Assembly (NCBI GenBank): GCA_028826165.1
Contig: JAPDFW010000101.1
Span: forward strand, 1-64,000
DNA length: 64,000 nucleotides
From: Anaeramoeba ignava BMAN
Taxonomy: Eukaryota > Protista > Anaeramoebae
Direction: 5' to 3'
The position numbers and the translations under genes were made by a program. The notes below the pieces were generated by a model that saw only the letters and a list, made by a program, of their open reading frames with translations, searched no databases and had not been told where the DNA came from. This document shows, in pieces, positions 48,401 through 62,661 of this stretch; the stretch's first letter is position 1; every line of letters starts with the position of its first letter.

Positions 48401-51400
48401 TGTCAGATTTTCTTGAAGACTATCATACCAAGTTTTTGATAAACCATCCCAATTAAATGATAAAAAAAGATGATCTGAAATTGTACCAAGAATTTTGGTT
48501 TGAACAACAATTACTCCACTTTCATTAGATGGACCAAAAATATCATTTTCAAAAATAGCTTTTATAATATTTATTAATAAATTTAATAAAAAATTTTTAA
48601 ATATAAATAAAAAATATTATATACCAAATTTCTTGTCTGGATATTGAGCTGTTGAAATATCATCAACTAATAAAGATACATATCTTCCTTCTGAAAATTC
48701 TCCATTTTCATTAAATAAAGTAAGTGTAGCATTAATTTGAGGAGAAATATCCATATCATATTCTTCAGGTTGAAATGATTCAAGATTAATTTTTCCAGCT
48801 TTTTTTTTATAAAAACAAGACAACTTTTTTAAAAAAAGTTTTTTTTTTTTTTCAAAATTAATTAATATACTTTCTCCATATAAAAAAGTTGTAAAATCTG
48901 AAGTAATGCTAAGATCACGAGCAGAAAAAACATAACGATAATTTCCATGATAACCTTTTGCAAAACTAATATTTTCAAAAGAAACAAGACCATCTTCATC
49001 TCCATAAGCAGTTAAAATTCCTGTTAAAATTGGTTGATATTGTGGTAATATTCTTAACCATTCAATTGTATGTAAATTTTCAGAATGATTTTGTATCTGA
49101 ATCATAGGATCATCAAATTCTGCAAAAATAGTTACTTCTTGATTTGATAATCCTTGTTTTCTATCAATATCCATAATTCTTATCTTTTTACATTTTTATA
49201 TTAATTTTATTTATATTTATATTTATATTTATATTTATATTTATATTTATATTTATATTTATATTTATATTTATATTTATATTTATATTTATATTTATAT
49301 TTATATTTATATTTATATTTATATTTATATTTATAATTTATATTTATATTTTTATTTATATTTATATTTATATTTATATTTATATTTATATTTATATTTA
49401 TATTTATATTTATATTTATATTTATATTTATATTTATATTTATATTTATATTTATATTTATATTTATATTTATATTTATATTTATATTTATATTTTTATA
49501 TTTTATATTTATATTTTTATATTTATATTTATATTTATATTTATTTATATTTATATTTATATTTATATTTATATTTATATTTATATTTATATTTATATTT
49601 TATGTTTATATTTTTATATTTATATTTATATTTATTTTTATTTGTTTATATTTTGTTTATTTTTATTTTATATATTTATATTTATTTTTATTTTATGTTT
49701 ATATTTATATTTATGTTTATATTTATATTTATATGTTTTTATATTTATATTTTATATTTATATTTATATTTATATTTTATGTTTATATTTTATATTTTAT
49801 ATTTTTATTTATATATTTATATTTATATTTTATATTTATATTTTTAAATTTATGTTTATGTTTATGTTTATATTTTATTTTTATGTTTATGTTTATATTT
49901 TATATTTTATATTTATATTTTATTTTATTTTATTTATTTATATTTTTATATATTTATCAATTTATTTATTTTTATATTTATATTTTAATTTTATATTTAT
50001 ATTTTTATTTTTATATTTATATTTATATTTTATTATTTTTATTTTTGTTTATTTTTATAATTTATTTTTATATTTTTATATTTTTATTTTTATTTTTATT
50101 TATTTATTTATTTATAATTTTATGTTTATATTTGTTTATTTTTATAATTTATTTTTATATTTTTATATTTTTATTTTTATTTTTATTTATTTATTTATTT
50201 ATAATTTTATGTTTATATTTATTTATATTTATTTTTTGTTTATATTTTATATTTTTTTTATGTTTTATTTATATTTTATTTATATTTATATTTATATATT
50301 TATGTTTATGTTATATTTTATATTTATTTTATATTTTTATTTTTATATTTTTTTATATTTTGGTTATATTTAGTTTTATATTTATTTATATTTATATTTA
50401 TATTTTATATATTTATTTTATTATTTATATTTTAATTTATATTTTTATTTTTATTTTTATATTTATTATTTTTTATTTATATTTATTTATATTTATATTT
50501 ATATATTTATATTTATATTTTTATTTTATATTTTTATATTTATATTTATATTTTATATTTATATTTATTTTTATATTTATATTTTTTTATAATTTATTTA
50601 TATTTTTTATTTTATTTTTTATTTATTTTATGTTTATATTTATTTATATTTATTTATTTTATATTTTTTATTTTATATTTATATATATTTTGTTTTTTAT
50701 ATTTATATTTATATTTATAATTTATATTTATATTTATATTTTATATTTATATTTATATTTATATTTATATTTTATATTTATATTTTATATTTATATTTAT
50801 ATTTATATTTATATTTATATTTAGATTTATATTTATATTTATATTTATATTTATATTTATATTTATATTTTTATTTATTTTATATTTATATTTATATTTA
50901 TATTTATATTTATATTTATATTTATATTTATATTTATATTTATATTTATATTTATATTTATATTTATATTTATATTTATATTTATATTTATATTTATATT
51001 TATATTTATATTTATATTTATATTTAGATTTATATTTATATTTATATTTAGATTTTGTGTGTAAATTATAAAATACCTTTGGTTGTTGAGGTAAATCTTG
51101 ATTATAAGTTGCTTGAGTTGAAGGAATAATAACCATATCAATTGCACCTCCATATTCATTTGTTGTATCATCTGGTCTTTTAAATACCCAAAATGAAAAG
51201 TAAAATAATAAAGAACTTGCTATTAAAAGGAATCCAATAATTGTTATTGATCGAAAATAAACTTTATCAAGAACAAAATCAAGAAACTTTTTTGATTATT
51301 TAATTTTTATTTTTTTGATTATATGAAAAAAAAAAATTTTAATTATTTTATAATAAATAAAAATTAAAACAAACTGGTGGTAATAATTTTTGTTTTCGGG

Positions 51401-51407
51401 AAAGCAT
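42440..51407 (-). CDS. Large multi-exon membrane protein: N-terminal anchor, repeated Ig-like ectodomain, C-terminal STRA6/RBP-receptor-like multi-TM domain
   Basis: ATG 51407 with a TM segment in exon 2. Repeats of the form [18 protein letters not shown]...[14 protein letters not shown]-terminal motifs [40 protein letters not shown] resemble STRA6-family motifs. Joining all exons into one gene is inferred. Confidence 0.65.
49205..51052. repeat. Intronic (TTTATA)n microsatellite, ~1.85 kb, noisy middle
   Basis: Lies between minus-strand exons ending ...PQQPK and resuming ...IRIMDIDRK. Confidence 0.9.
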
Positions 51408-51569
51408 TTTTATTTTTGTTTTTATTTAATTTATTTATTTAAAACTTCAATTAAGAAAAAAGCAAAAAGGAAAAAGAAAAAATGAATTTTAAATTTTTCA
51501 AGTTTAATTTATTTTGATCATTTAAAAATAAAAATAAAAATATAAAAATAATTTAAAAAACGCCTATTT

Positions 51570-51642
51570 TATTGAGGCCGGGCTCGAACCGACGACATTT
51601 TGGTCCAAAAAGCCAAACGCTTACCGACTGAGCTATTTTTAT
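51570..51642 (-). pseudogene. Degenerate tRNA-like sequence (Lys/Gln identity ambiguous)
   Basis: Minus strand: TAGCTCAGTCGGTAAGC (A-box/D arm), TTTGG-ctttttgga-CCAAA (anticodon arm, 9-nt loop), GTCGG-TTCGAGC-CCGGC (B-box/T arm). The acceptor stem does not pair. Confidence 0.7.
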
Positions 51643-52517
51643 TTATTTTATTTTTAAATTAAATTTTTATTTTTAATTTTTATTTTTTATTTTATTTTTT
51701 TCAATTCAAAAAAATTTTATTATTTATATTATAATTAATTTTTATTTATTTTTATTAATTTTTATTTATATTTTTAATTATAATTAATTTATTTATTTAT
51801 TTATAAATCTATTTTTTTAAATATTTTTTTATTTTATATTTATATTATTATTTATTTTTATCCGATTTTTTTTTTATTTTTATTTTTATATTTATATTTT
51901 TAAAATTATAATTAATTTATAATTTATTTATAAATCTATTTTAAATATATTTTTAATTTTATTATTTTTATTATTATTATTTTTAAAAATTTTAAATATA
52001 TTTTTATTTATATTTTAAATTAAATTTTTTTTATTTTTAATTTTATTTTATTTTTCAATTCAAAAATTTTTTATTTATTTATATTTTTATAATTAATTTT
52101 TATTTTTATTTTAATTTTTTTATTTTTTATTTATATTTATATTTTTTATTATTTTTTAATTTATTATTTATTTTTTAAATCAATTTTAAATTTTATTTTT
52201 AATTATATTTTATATTATTATTTATTTTTATTTTATTTTATATTTATTTATTTTATATTTATATTTTTAATTATAATTAATTTATTATTTATTTATAAAT
52301 CTATTTTTAAATATATTTTTATTTTATATTTTTATTATTATTTATTTTTTATCCGATTTTATATTTATTAATTTTATATTTATATTTTTAATTATAATTA
52401 ATTTATTATTTATTTATAAATCTATTTTAAATTTATTTTTAATTTCAAATTGGTTTAATTTCTTTTTTATTTATTTTTGGTTTTTAATTTTTTTAATTTT
52501 TTTTAATTTAATTTAAT

Positions 52518-55500
52518 TTAAATTTTTAATTCTTTTAAAATTAAATCAATTATTGAATTTGGATTTAATTGATAATAATCTTTTAAATCAAAATATTCTT
52601 CTAAAATATCTTTATCTTCAATTTCTTTTGAAAAATTATCATGATAAAGGAAATAAATTAATTCTTTAATTGTTTCAAATGATTTTTGTGAATAATCATG
52701 AACTTGATTTGATGTATCTTGAATATTTAATTGAAACATTCCTTTAAATAATTCACTTCTTATTATTAATATTAATTTATGAATTTTAATTTCTTTTTCT
52801 TCACAAATTATTGTAAAATCTTTGGTTTCATTTTGTTCATATAATTTTGATAAATCTTTTATTATTCCTTTTCTTCCTTTTTTGGTTTCAATCCAATTTG
52901 TTTCAATTTCAATTTCTTTAAAAAATTCTGTTATTTTTTTATATTCTTCATTTTCATTTTCATTTTCATTTTTTAATTGAATAATTTTATCAAAATTAGA
53001 AAATCCTGTATAAAGGAAATTTAAAATAATTTCAATTTCTTTTTTTGGTTTTTGATAACAATTATTGATAAATTTTTGTAAAATCAATTCATTATTATCA
53101 AATCTTGATAATAAAATTAATTTATGAACTTTAAATTTAAATGAATCATTTGATTGAATTATTAAATCTGAAAAATTATCATTTGATTTTAATAAATTAT
53201 TCATATCTTCATTAAGAGAATAAATTTGTGAAAATAATTCAATAAATTGTTTTGTAATATGTTTTTGTTTCAAATCATCAATATTCACATCATTCATTAA
53301 TAAAAATTTGATTACATTTTCATTTTCATTTTTAATTGATATTGAAAGAGCTGTTTCATTTTCATTTGTTTTTGCATTAATATCAATTCCTTTGGAAACT
53401 AAATATTTAATAATTTGAATTGAATTAAATTTGCAAATTAAATGTAAAGCAGTTTGATTTTGATTTGTTTTGGCATTAATATCAATTCCTTTGGAAATAA
53501 GATATTCAATAACTTTTAATGATGGATTATTTTGGCAAGCTAAATGTAAAGCAGTTTCATTTCGATTTGTTTTGGCATTAATATCAATTCCTTTGGAAAT
53601 TAAATATTCAATAATTTGGAAAAAATTATATTGACAAGCTAAATGTAAAACTGTTTCATTTCGATTTGTTTTTGCATTAATATCAATTCCTTTGGAAATC
53701 AAATATTCAATAGTTTGGAAAAAATTATATCTGCAAGCTAAATGTAAAACTGTTTCATTTGTAGTTTGTTTTTGCATTAATATCAATTCCTTTGGAAATC
53801 AAATATTCAATAACTTCTATTGATGAATTGTATTGGCAAGCATAATGTAAAGCAGTTTCATTATAGTTTGTTTTTTCATTAATATCAATTCCTTTGGAAA
53901 TCAAATATTCAATAATCTCTATTGATGGATTATTTTGGCAAATTATATGTAAAGCAGTTTGATTTTGATTTGTTTTTCATTAATATCAATTCCTTTGGAA
54001 ATCAAATATTCAATAACTTCTATTGATGGATTATTTTGGCAAACAAAATGTAAAGCATTTTTATTAAGATTTGTTTTTTCATTAATATCAATTCCTTTGG
54101 AAATAAGATATTCAATAACTTCTATTGATGAATTAGATTGACAAGCTAAATGTAAAACAGTTTGATTTTGATTTGTTTTGGCATTAATATCAATTCCTTT
54201 GAAATCAGATATTCAATAACTTCTATTGATGGATTATATTCACAAGCATAATGTAAAGCAGTTTCATTATCATTTGTTTTTTCATTAATATCAATTTCTT
54301 TGGAAATTAAATATTCAATAATTTCTATTGATGAATTATATTGACAAGCTAAGTGTAAAGCAGTTTGATTTTGATTTGTTTTGGCATTAATATCAATTCC
54401 TTTGGAAATTAAATACTTAACAACTTCAAGTGATGGATTAAACCCACAAGATAAATGTAAAACTGTTTCATTATAATTTGTTTTTGCATTAATATCAATT
54501 CCTTTGGAAATTAAATATTCAATAATTTCTATTGATGGATTGTATTGACAAGCAAAATGTAAAGCAGTTTTATTTTCGTCTGTTTTTGCATTAATATCAA
54601 TTCCTTTGGAAATCAAATATTCTATAACTTCAAGTGATGCATCTGATTCACAAGCAAAATGTAGAGCAGTTTCATTTTGATTTGTTTTTTCATTAATATC
54701 AATTCCTTTGGAAATCAAATATTCAATAATTTCTATTGATGGATCTGATTGGCAAGCAAAATGTAGAGCAGTTTCATTTTGATTTGTTTTTTCATTAATA
54801 TCAAGTCCTTTGGAAATCAAATATTCAATAATTTCTATTGATGAATCTGATTGACAAGCTAAATGAAGAATTGTTTCATCCCATTTTGTTTTTATATTAA
54901 TATTAATCCCTTTGGAAATTAAATATTCAATAATTTCGATTGATGGTTCATTTCGACAAACTAAATGTAATATTGTTTCATTGTAATTTGTTTTTTCATA
55001 TAAATCAATTCCTTGTAATATCAAATATTCAATAATTTCAAGTGATAGATTATTTTGGCAAACTAATTGTAAACATGTTTTATTCCATCTTGATTTTAAA
55101 TGAATATCAATTCCTTGTGTTATTAAGTATTCAATAACTTTAAGTGAATTATATCGACAAGCTAAATGTAATATTGTTTCATTCCATTTGGTTGTTGAAT
55201 GAATATCAATTCCTTTTGATATTAAATATTTAATAATTTCAAGTGAATTATATCGACATGCATAATGTAAAACTGTTTGGTTTTCTCTTGTTTTTGAATT
55301 AATATCAATTCCTTGTGATATTAAATATTTAATAATTTCAAGTGAATTCTTTTTACATGCATAATGTAATATTGTTTCATTTTCATTTGTTTTAGAATTA
55401 ATATTAATTCCTTTGGATATTAAATATTCAATAATTTCAAGTGAATTCTTTTTACATGCATAATGTAATATTGTTTTATTTTCATTTGTTTTTGAATTAA

Positions 55501-56294
55501 TATTAATTCCTTTGTGATATTAAATATTTAATAACTTTAAGTGAATTCTTTTTGCATGCATAATGTAATATTGTTTCATTTTCTCTTGTTTTTGAATTAA
55601 TATTAATTCCTTGTGTTATTAAATATTTAATAACTTCAAGTGAATTCTTTTTACATGCATAATGTAAAACTGTTTCATTTTCATTTGTTTTTGAATTAAT
55701 ATTAATTCCTTTGGATATTAAATATTTAATAACTTCAAGTGAATTCTTTTTGCATGCAAAATGTAATATTGTTTCATTTCGATTTGTTTTTGAATTAATA
55801 TTAATTCCTTTGGATATTAAATATTCAATAATTTGAAGTGAATTGTATTTGGATGCAAAATGTAATATTGTTTCATTTTCATTTGTTTTTGAATTAATAT
55901 TAATTCTTTTAGATATTAAATATTCAATAATTTCAATTAAATTTTGATTTTGTAAATATTTTATTGAATAATATAATATTGTTTTTCCTTTTTTATCTTT
56001 TGAATTAATGTTTATTCTTTTGGAAATTAATAATTTAATAATTTCAATTTTATTTTGTTTTTTAATTGAAATGTGTAATAAATTTCTTCCTTTTCTATCT
56101 TTAAAATTAATATCTTTGATTTCTTTTGTTATTAAATATTCAATTATTTCTTTATTAACTTTTTGTTTTATTGAATATTTTATTATTTTCTTTTTTTCTT
56201 TTTCTTTAATTTCTTTTGAATTTTCTTTTAAAATTTCTTTTAATTTTTCAATTTCATTTTCTTTTATAATTTCATAAATTTTATTCATATTCAT
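52518..56294 (-). CDS. Ankyrin-BTB paralogue A (several frameshifts)
   Basis: ORFs 55503-56294, 54146-55024 and 52518-53786 join into MNMNKIYEII, ankyrin array, tandem BTB. Confidence 0.85.
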
Positions 56295-56348
56295 TTGGAA
56301 AGAAAAAATGAAAAAAATGAAAAAATGAAAAATGATTTTTAATTTAAT

Positions 56349-59300
56349 TTAATTTTTTAATTCTTTTAAAATTAAATCAATTATTGAATTTGGATTTAAT
56401 TGATAATAATCTTTTAAATCAAAATATTCTTCTAAAATATTTTTATCTTTAATTTCTTTTGAAAAATTATCATGATAAAGAAAATAAATTAATTCTTGAA
56501 TTGTTTTAAATGATTTTTGTGAATAATCATGAACTTGATTTGATGAATCTTGAATATTTAATTGAAACATTCCTTTAAATAATTCACTTCTTATTATTAA
56601 TATTAATTTATGAATTTTAATTTCTTTTTCTTCACAAATTATTGTAAAATCTTTGGTTTCATTTTGTTGATATAATTTTGATAAATCTTTTATTATTCCT
56701 TTTCTTCCTTTTTTAGTTTCAATCCAATTTGTTTCAATTTCAATTTCTTTAAAAAATTCTGTTATTTTTTTATATTCTTCATTTCATTTTCATTTTCATT
56801 TTTTAATTGAATAATTTTATCAAAATTAGAAAATCCTGTATAAAGGAAATTTAAAATAATTTCAACTTCTTCTTTTGGCTTTTGATAACAATTATTAATA
56901 AATTTTTGTAAAATTAATTCATTATTATCAAATCTTGATAATAAAATTAATTTATGAACTTTAAATTTAAATGAATCATTTGATTGAATTATTAAATCTG
57001 AAAAATTATCATTTGATTTTAATAAATTATTCATATCTTCATTAAGGGAATAAATTTGTGAAAATAATTCAATAAATTGTTTTGTAATATGTTTTTGTTT
57101 CAAATTATCAATATTCACATCATTCATTAATAAAAATTTGATTACATTTTCATTTTGTTTTTTAATTGATATTGAAAGAGCTGTTTCATTTTCATTTGTT
57201 TTTGCATTAATATCAATTCCTTTGGAAACTAAATATTTAATAATTAGGATTGAATTAAATTTGCAAATTAAATGTAAAGCAGTTTGATTTTGATTTGTTT
57301 TTGGCATTAATATCAATTCCTTTGGAAATAAGATATTCAATAACTTTTAATGATGGATTATTTTGGCAAGCTAAATGTAAAACAGTTTCATTTTCGATTT
57401 GTTTTTGCATTAATATCAATTCCTTTGGAAATCAAATATTCAATAATTTGGAAAAAATTATATCTGCAAGCATAATGTAAAACTGTTTCATTTCGGGTTG
57501 TTTTTGCATTAATATCAATTCCTTTGGAAATCAAATATTCAATAACTTCTAATGATGGATTATATTCACAAGCTAAATGTAAAGCAGTTTTATTAATATT
57601 TGTTTTTTCATTAATATCAATTCCTTTGGAAATCAAATATTCAATAATTTCTATTGATGGAGTGTATCGGCAAGCTAAATGTAAAGCAGTTTCATTATAA
57701 TTTGTTTTTGCATTAATATCAATTCCTTTGGAAATAAGATATTCAATAACTTCTAATGATGGATTATATTCACAAGCAAAATGTAAAGCAGTTTGATTTT
57801 GATTTGTTTTTGCATTAATATCAATTCCTTTGGAAATCAAATATTCAATAACTTCAAATGATGAATTATATTCGCAAGCTAAATGTAAAGCAGTTTCATT
57901 TCGATTTGTTTTTTCGTTGATATCAATTCCTTTGGAAACCAAAAATTCAATAACTTCTAATAATGTAGTATTTTTGCAAGCTATATGTAAAGCAGTTTCA
58001 TTTCGATTTGTTTTTTCGTTGATATCAATTCCTTTGGAAATCAAATATTCAATAATTTCTAATTTTGGATTATATCGGCAAGCTAAATGTAAAGTAGTTT
58101 CATTATAAATTGTTTTTGCATTAATATCAATTCCTTTGGAAATCAAATATTCAATAACTTCAATTGATGGATTGTTTTCGCAAGCAAAATGTAAAGCTGT
58201 TTGATTCTCTCGTGTTTTTGCATGAATATCAATTCCTTTGGAAATCAAATATTCTAGAATTTCTATTGATGGATTAAATTGACAAGCATAATGCAAAACT
58301 GTTTCGTCTTCGTTTGTTTTTGCATTAATATCAATTCCTTTGGAAATTAAATATTCAATAATTTCAAGTGAATTATATTGACAAACAAAATGTAAAGCAG
58401 TTTCATTTTGGTTTGTTTTTGCATTAATATCAATTCCTTTGGAAATCAAATATTCAATAATTTCGATTGAAGTATTCCAAGAAGCTAAATGTAAACATGT
58501 TTCATCTTCTTTTGTTTTTGCATTAGTATCAAGTCCTTTGGAAATCAAATATTCAATAATTTCAATCGATAAATTAAATTGGCAAGCTAAATGAAGAATT
58601 GTTTCATCCCATTTTGTTTTTGAATTAATATCAAGTCCTTTTGATATTAAATATTCAATAATTTGAATTGATGGTTCATTTCGACAAGCTAAATGTAATA
58701 TTGTTTCATTGTAATTCGTTTTTTCATATAAATCAATTCCTTGTAATATTAAATATTCAATAATTTCTAATTTTGGATTGTATTTACAAACTGAATGTAA
58801 ACATGTTTCATTTTCTCTTGATTTTGAATGAATATCAATTCCTTTGGATATTAAATATTCAATAACTTCAAGTGATGAATTATATCGGCAAGCTAAATGT
58901 AATATTGTTTCATTCCATTTGGTTGTTGAATGGATATCAATTCCTTTGGATATTAAATATTCAATAATTTCAAGTGAATTATTCTTGCATGCATAGTGTA
59001 ATATTGTTTCATTTTCTCTTGTTTTTGAATGTAATATCAATTCCTTTGGATATTAAATATTCAATAATTTGAAGTGAATTATATCGACAAGCATAATGTA
59101 ATATTGTTTCATTCCATTTGGTTATTGAATGAATATCAATTCCTTGTGATATTAAATATTCAATAATTTGAAGTGAATTATATCCACAAGCATAATGTAA
59201 TATTGTTTCATTTTCGTTTGTTTTTGAATTAATATTAATTCCTTTAGATATTAAGTATTCAATAATTTCAATTGAATTGTATTTACATGCAAAATGTAAT

Positions 59301-60293
59301 ATTGTTTCATTTGCTCTTGTTTTTGAATTAATATTAATTCCTTTAGATATTAAGTATTCAATAATTTGAAGTGAATTTTTTTTACATGCAAAATGTAAAA
59401 CTGTTTCATTTCGATTTGTTTTAGAATTAATATTAATTCCTTTAGAAATTAAATATTCAATAACTTCAAGTGAATTTTTTTTACATGCATAATGTAATAT
59501 TGTTTCATTTGCTCTTGTTTTTGAATTAATATTAATTCCTTTAGATATTAAATATTTAATAACTTCAAGTGAATTTTTTTTACATGCAAAATGTAATATT
59601 GTTTCATTCCATTTAGTTTTAGAATTAATATTAATTCCTTTAGATATTAAATATTTAATAACTTCAAGTGAATTTTTTTTGGATGCATAATGTAAAACTG
59701 TTTCATTTGCTCTTGTTTTTGAATTAATATTAATTCCTTTAGATATTAAATATTCAATAACTTGAATTGAATTCTTTTTACATTGATTTAGAATTAATAT
59801 TAATTCCTTTAGATATTAAATATTCAATAACTTGAAGTGAATTGTATTTGGATGCATAATGTAATATTGTTTCATTTTCATTTGTTTTAGAATTAATATT
59901 AATTCCTTTAGATATTAAATATTCAATAATTTCAATTAAATTTTGATTTTGTAAATATTTTATTGAATAATATAATATTGTTTTTCCTTTTTTATCTTTT
60001 GAATTAATGTTTATTCTTTTGGAAATTAATAATTTAATAATTTCAATTTTATTTTGTTTTTTAATTGAAATGTGTAATAAATTTCTTCCTTTTCTATCTT
60101 TAAAATTAATATCTTTGATTTCTTTTGTTATTAAATATTCAATTATTTCTTTATTAACTTTTTGTTTTATTGAATATTTTATTATTTTCTTTTTTTCTTT
60201 TTCTTTAATTTCTTTTGAATTTTCTTTTAAAATTTCTTTTAATTTTTCAATTTCATTTTCTTTTATAATTTCATAAATTTTATTCATATTCAT
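56349..60293 (-). CDS. Ankyrin-BTB paralogue B, tandem duplicate of A (frameshifts)
   Basis: Near-identical N-terminus (59778-60293) and C-terminal BTB module to A; different repeat array. Confidence 0.85.
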
Positions 60294-60348
60294 TTGGGAA
60301 AGAAAAAATGAAAAAAATGAAAAAATGAAAAAAATAATTTTTTTTAAT

Positions 60349-62575
60349 TTAATTTAATTTAATTTTTAATTCTTTTAAAATTAAATCAATTATTGAATTT
60401 GGATTTAATTGATAATAATCTTTTAAATCAAAATATTCTTCTAAAATATTTTTATCTTTAATTTCTTTTGAAAAATTATCATGATAAAGAAAATAAATTA
60501 ATTCTTTAATTGTTTCAAATGATTTTTGTGAATAATCATGAACTTGATTTGATGAATCTTGAATATTTAATTGAAACATTCCTTTAAATAATTCACTTCT
60601 TAATATTAATATTAATTTATGAATTTTAATTTCTTTTTCTTCACAAATTATTGTAAAATCTTTGGTTTCATTTTGTTGATATAATTTTGATAAATCTTTT
60701 ATTATTCCTTTTCTTCCTTTTTTATTTTCAATCCAATTTGTTTCAATTTAAAAATTCTGTTTTTTTAAAAATTCTTTTCAAAATTTTTATATTCTTCATT
60801 TCATAAATTTTTTCATCTTTTTCATTTTTTAATTGAATAAAATTATCAAAATTAGAAAATCCTGTATAAAGGAAATTTAAAATAATTTCAATTTCTTCTT
60901 TTGACTTCTGTTTACAATTATTGATAAATTTTTGTAAAATTAATTCATTATTATCAAATCTTGTTAATAAAATTAATTTATGAACTTTAAATTTAAATGA
61001 ATCATTTGATTGAATTTCAAAATCTGAAAAATTATTATTTGATTTTAATAAATTATTTAAATCTTGATTAATTGAATAAATTTGTGAAATTAAATCAATT
61101 AATTCTTTTTTGATTGATTCTTTTGATGGAGTAAAAATAGTTACATCATTCATTAATAAAATTTGAATAATTTTTGGATTTCCATTTTCAATTGCTAATA
61201 TAAAAGGTGTTTCTTTATAGTAACTTTTAGCATTTACATCTGCTCCTTTTTCAATTAAATATTTAACAATTTCAAATGCATTTTTACTTTGACTTTGACA
61301 TGCAAAATGTAATGGCGTTTCTTGATAACAATTTTTATGAGTTATTTTTGCTCCATTTGAAACAAGAAATTTGACAATTTCAAATGAACTTTGATTTTGA
61401 TTATGATTTTGAGTTTGACAAGCAAAATGTAAAGGAGTTTCTTCTTTTTGGTTTTTGGCATTGATATCTGCTCCATTTGAAACAAGAATTTTAACAATTT
61501 CAAATGAATTTGGATTTTGATATTTACAAGCAGAATGCAAAGGAGTGAATTCGCTATTGTTTTTGATATTGATATCTGCTCCATTTGAAACAAGAATTTT
61601 AACAATTTCAATTGATTTTCTATTACTATATTGACAAGAAGAATGCAAAGGAGTTGATTGGTTAATATTTTTGGCATTGATATCTGCTCCATTTAAAACA
61701 AGAGTTTTAATAATTTCAAAAGAGTTTTTTTGTTGATTTTGACAAGCTAAGTGTAATGGTGTTTCTCCAAATTTATTTTTGGCATTGATATCTGTATTTT
61801 TTGAAATGAGAAAATTTGCAACTTCAAATAAATTTGGATTTTGATTTTGACAAGCAAAATGTAAAGGAGTTTGTTTATAATAATTTGTGGCATTGATATC
61901 TGCTCCATTTAAAACGAGAATTTTAACAATTTCAATTGATTTTTCATTTTCATTTTCATTTTCGTCTCTATTTCCATTTTGGCTATGATATTGACAAGCT
62001 ATAATTAGTGGTGTTTCTTGATTTTTATTTTTGGCATTGATATCTGCACCTTTTGAAATTAGATTTTCAATAATTTCAATTGAAATATTTCTATTTTGAC
62101 AAGCAAAATGTAAAGGAGTTTCTTCATCTTTATTTTTGACATTGATATCTGCACCTTTTGAAATTAGATTTTCAATAATTTCAATTGAAATATTTCTATT
62201 TTGACAAACAAAATGTAAAGGAGTTTCTTGATTATGTTTATTTATGGCATTGATATCTGCTCCATTTGAAATTAGAATTTTAATAATTTCAACTGAATTT
62301 TGGTTTATATTTTGATTTTGACAATTTAAATGTAAAGGTGTTTCTTCAAATTTATTTTTGATATTTACATCTGCACCTTTTGAAATTAGAATTTTAATAA
62401 TTTTAATTGAATTTTGGTTGTGATTTTGATTTCTGCAAGATAAATGTAAAGGAGTTTCTTCAAATTTATTTTTTGCATTAACATTTACCCCTTTTTCAAT
62501 TAATTTTTTAACAGATTTTAATAAATCTCTTTCACAAGCAGAAAATATATCTATTTTAGAATTTGATTTACCCAT
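60349..62575 (-). CDS. Ankyrin-BTB paralogue C with N-terminal MGKSNS (myristoylation-like); frameshift near 60760
   Basis: ETPLHxxCQNQ...GADINAKN repeats followed by the same BTB module as A and B. Confidence 0.85.
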
Positions 62576-62620
62576 CTTTTTTAAAATAATTTACAAAAAA
62601 AAAATAAAAATCAAAATAAC

Positions 62621-62650
62621 CATTTTTCATTTTTCATTTTTTTCATTTTT
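62621..62650 (+). promoter_or_regulatory. Putative initiator-like TTTTCATTTT repeats upstream of ATG
   Basis: The same motif precedes most start codons in the window on the coding strand. Confidence 0.5.
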
Positions 62651-62661
62651 TTCTTTTCCAA

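Noticed and set aside
51645-52500. AT-only region after the tRNA-like element
   Set aside because: Low-complexity, noisy sequence with no interpretable structure.
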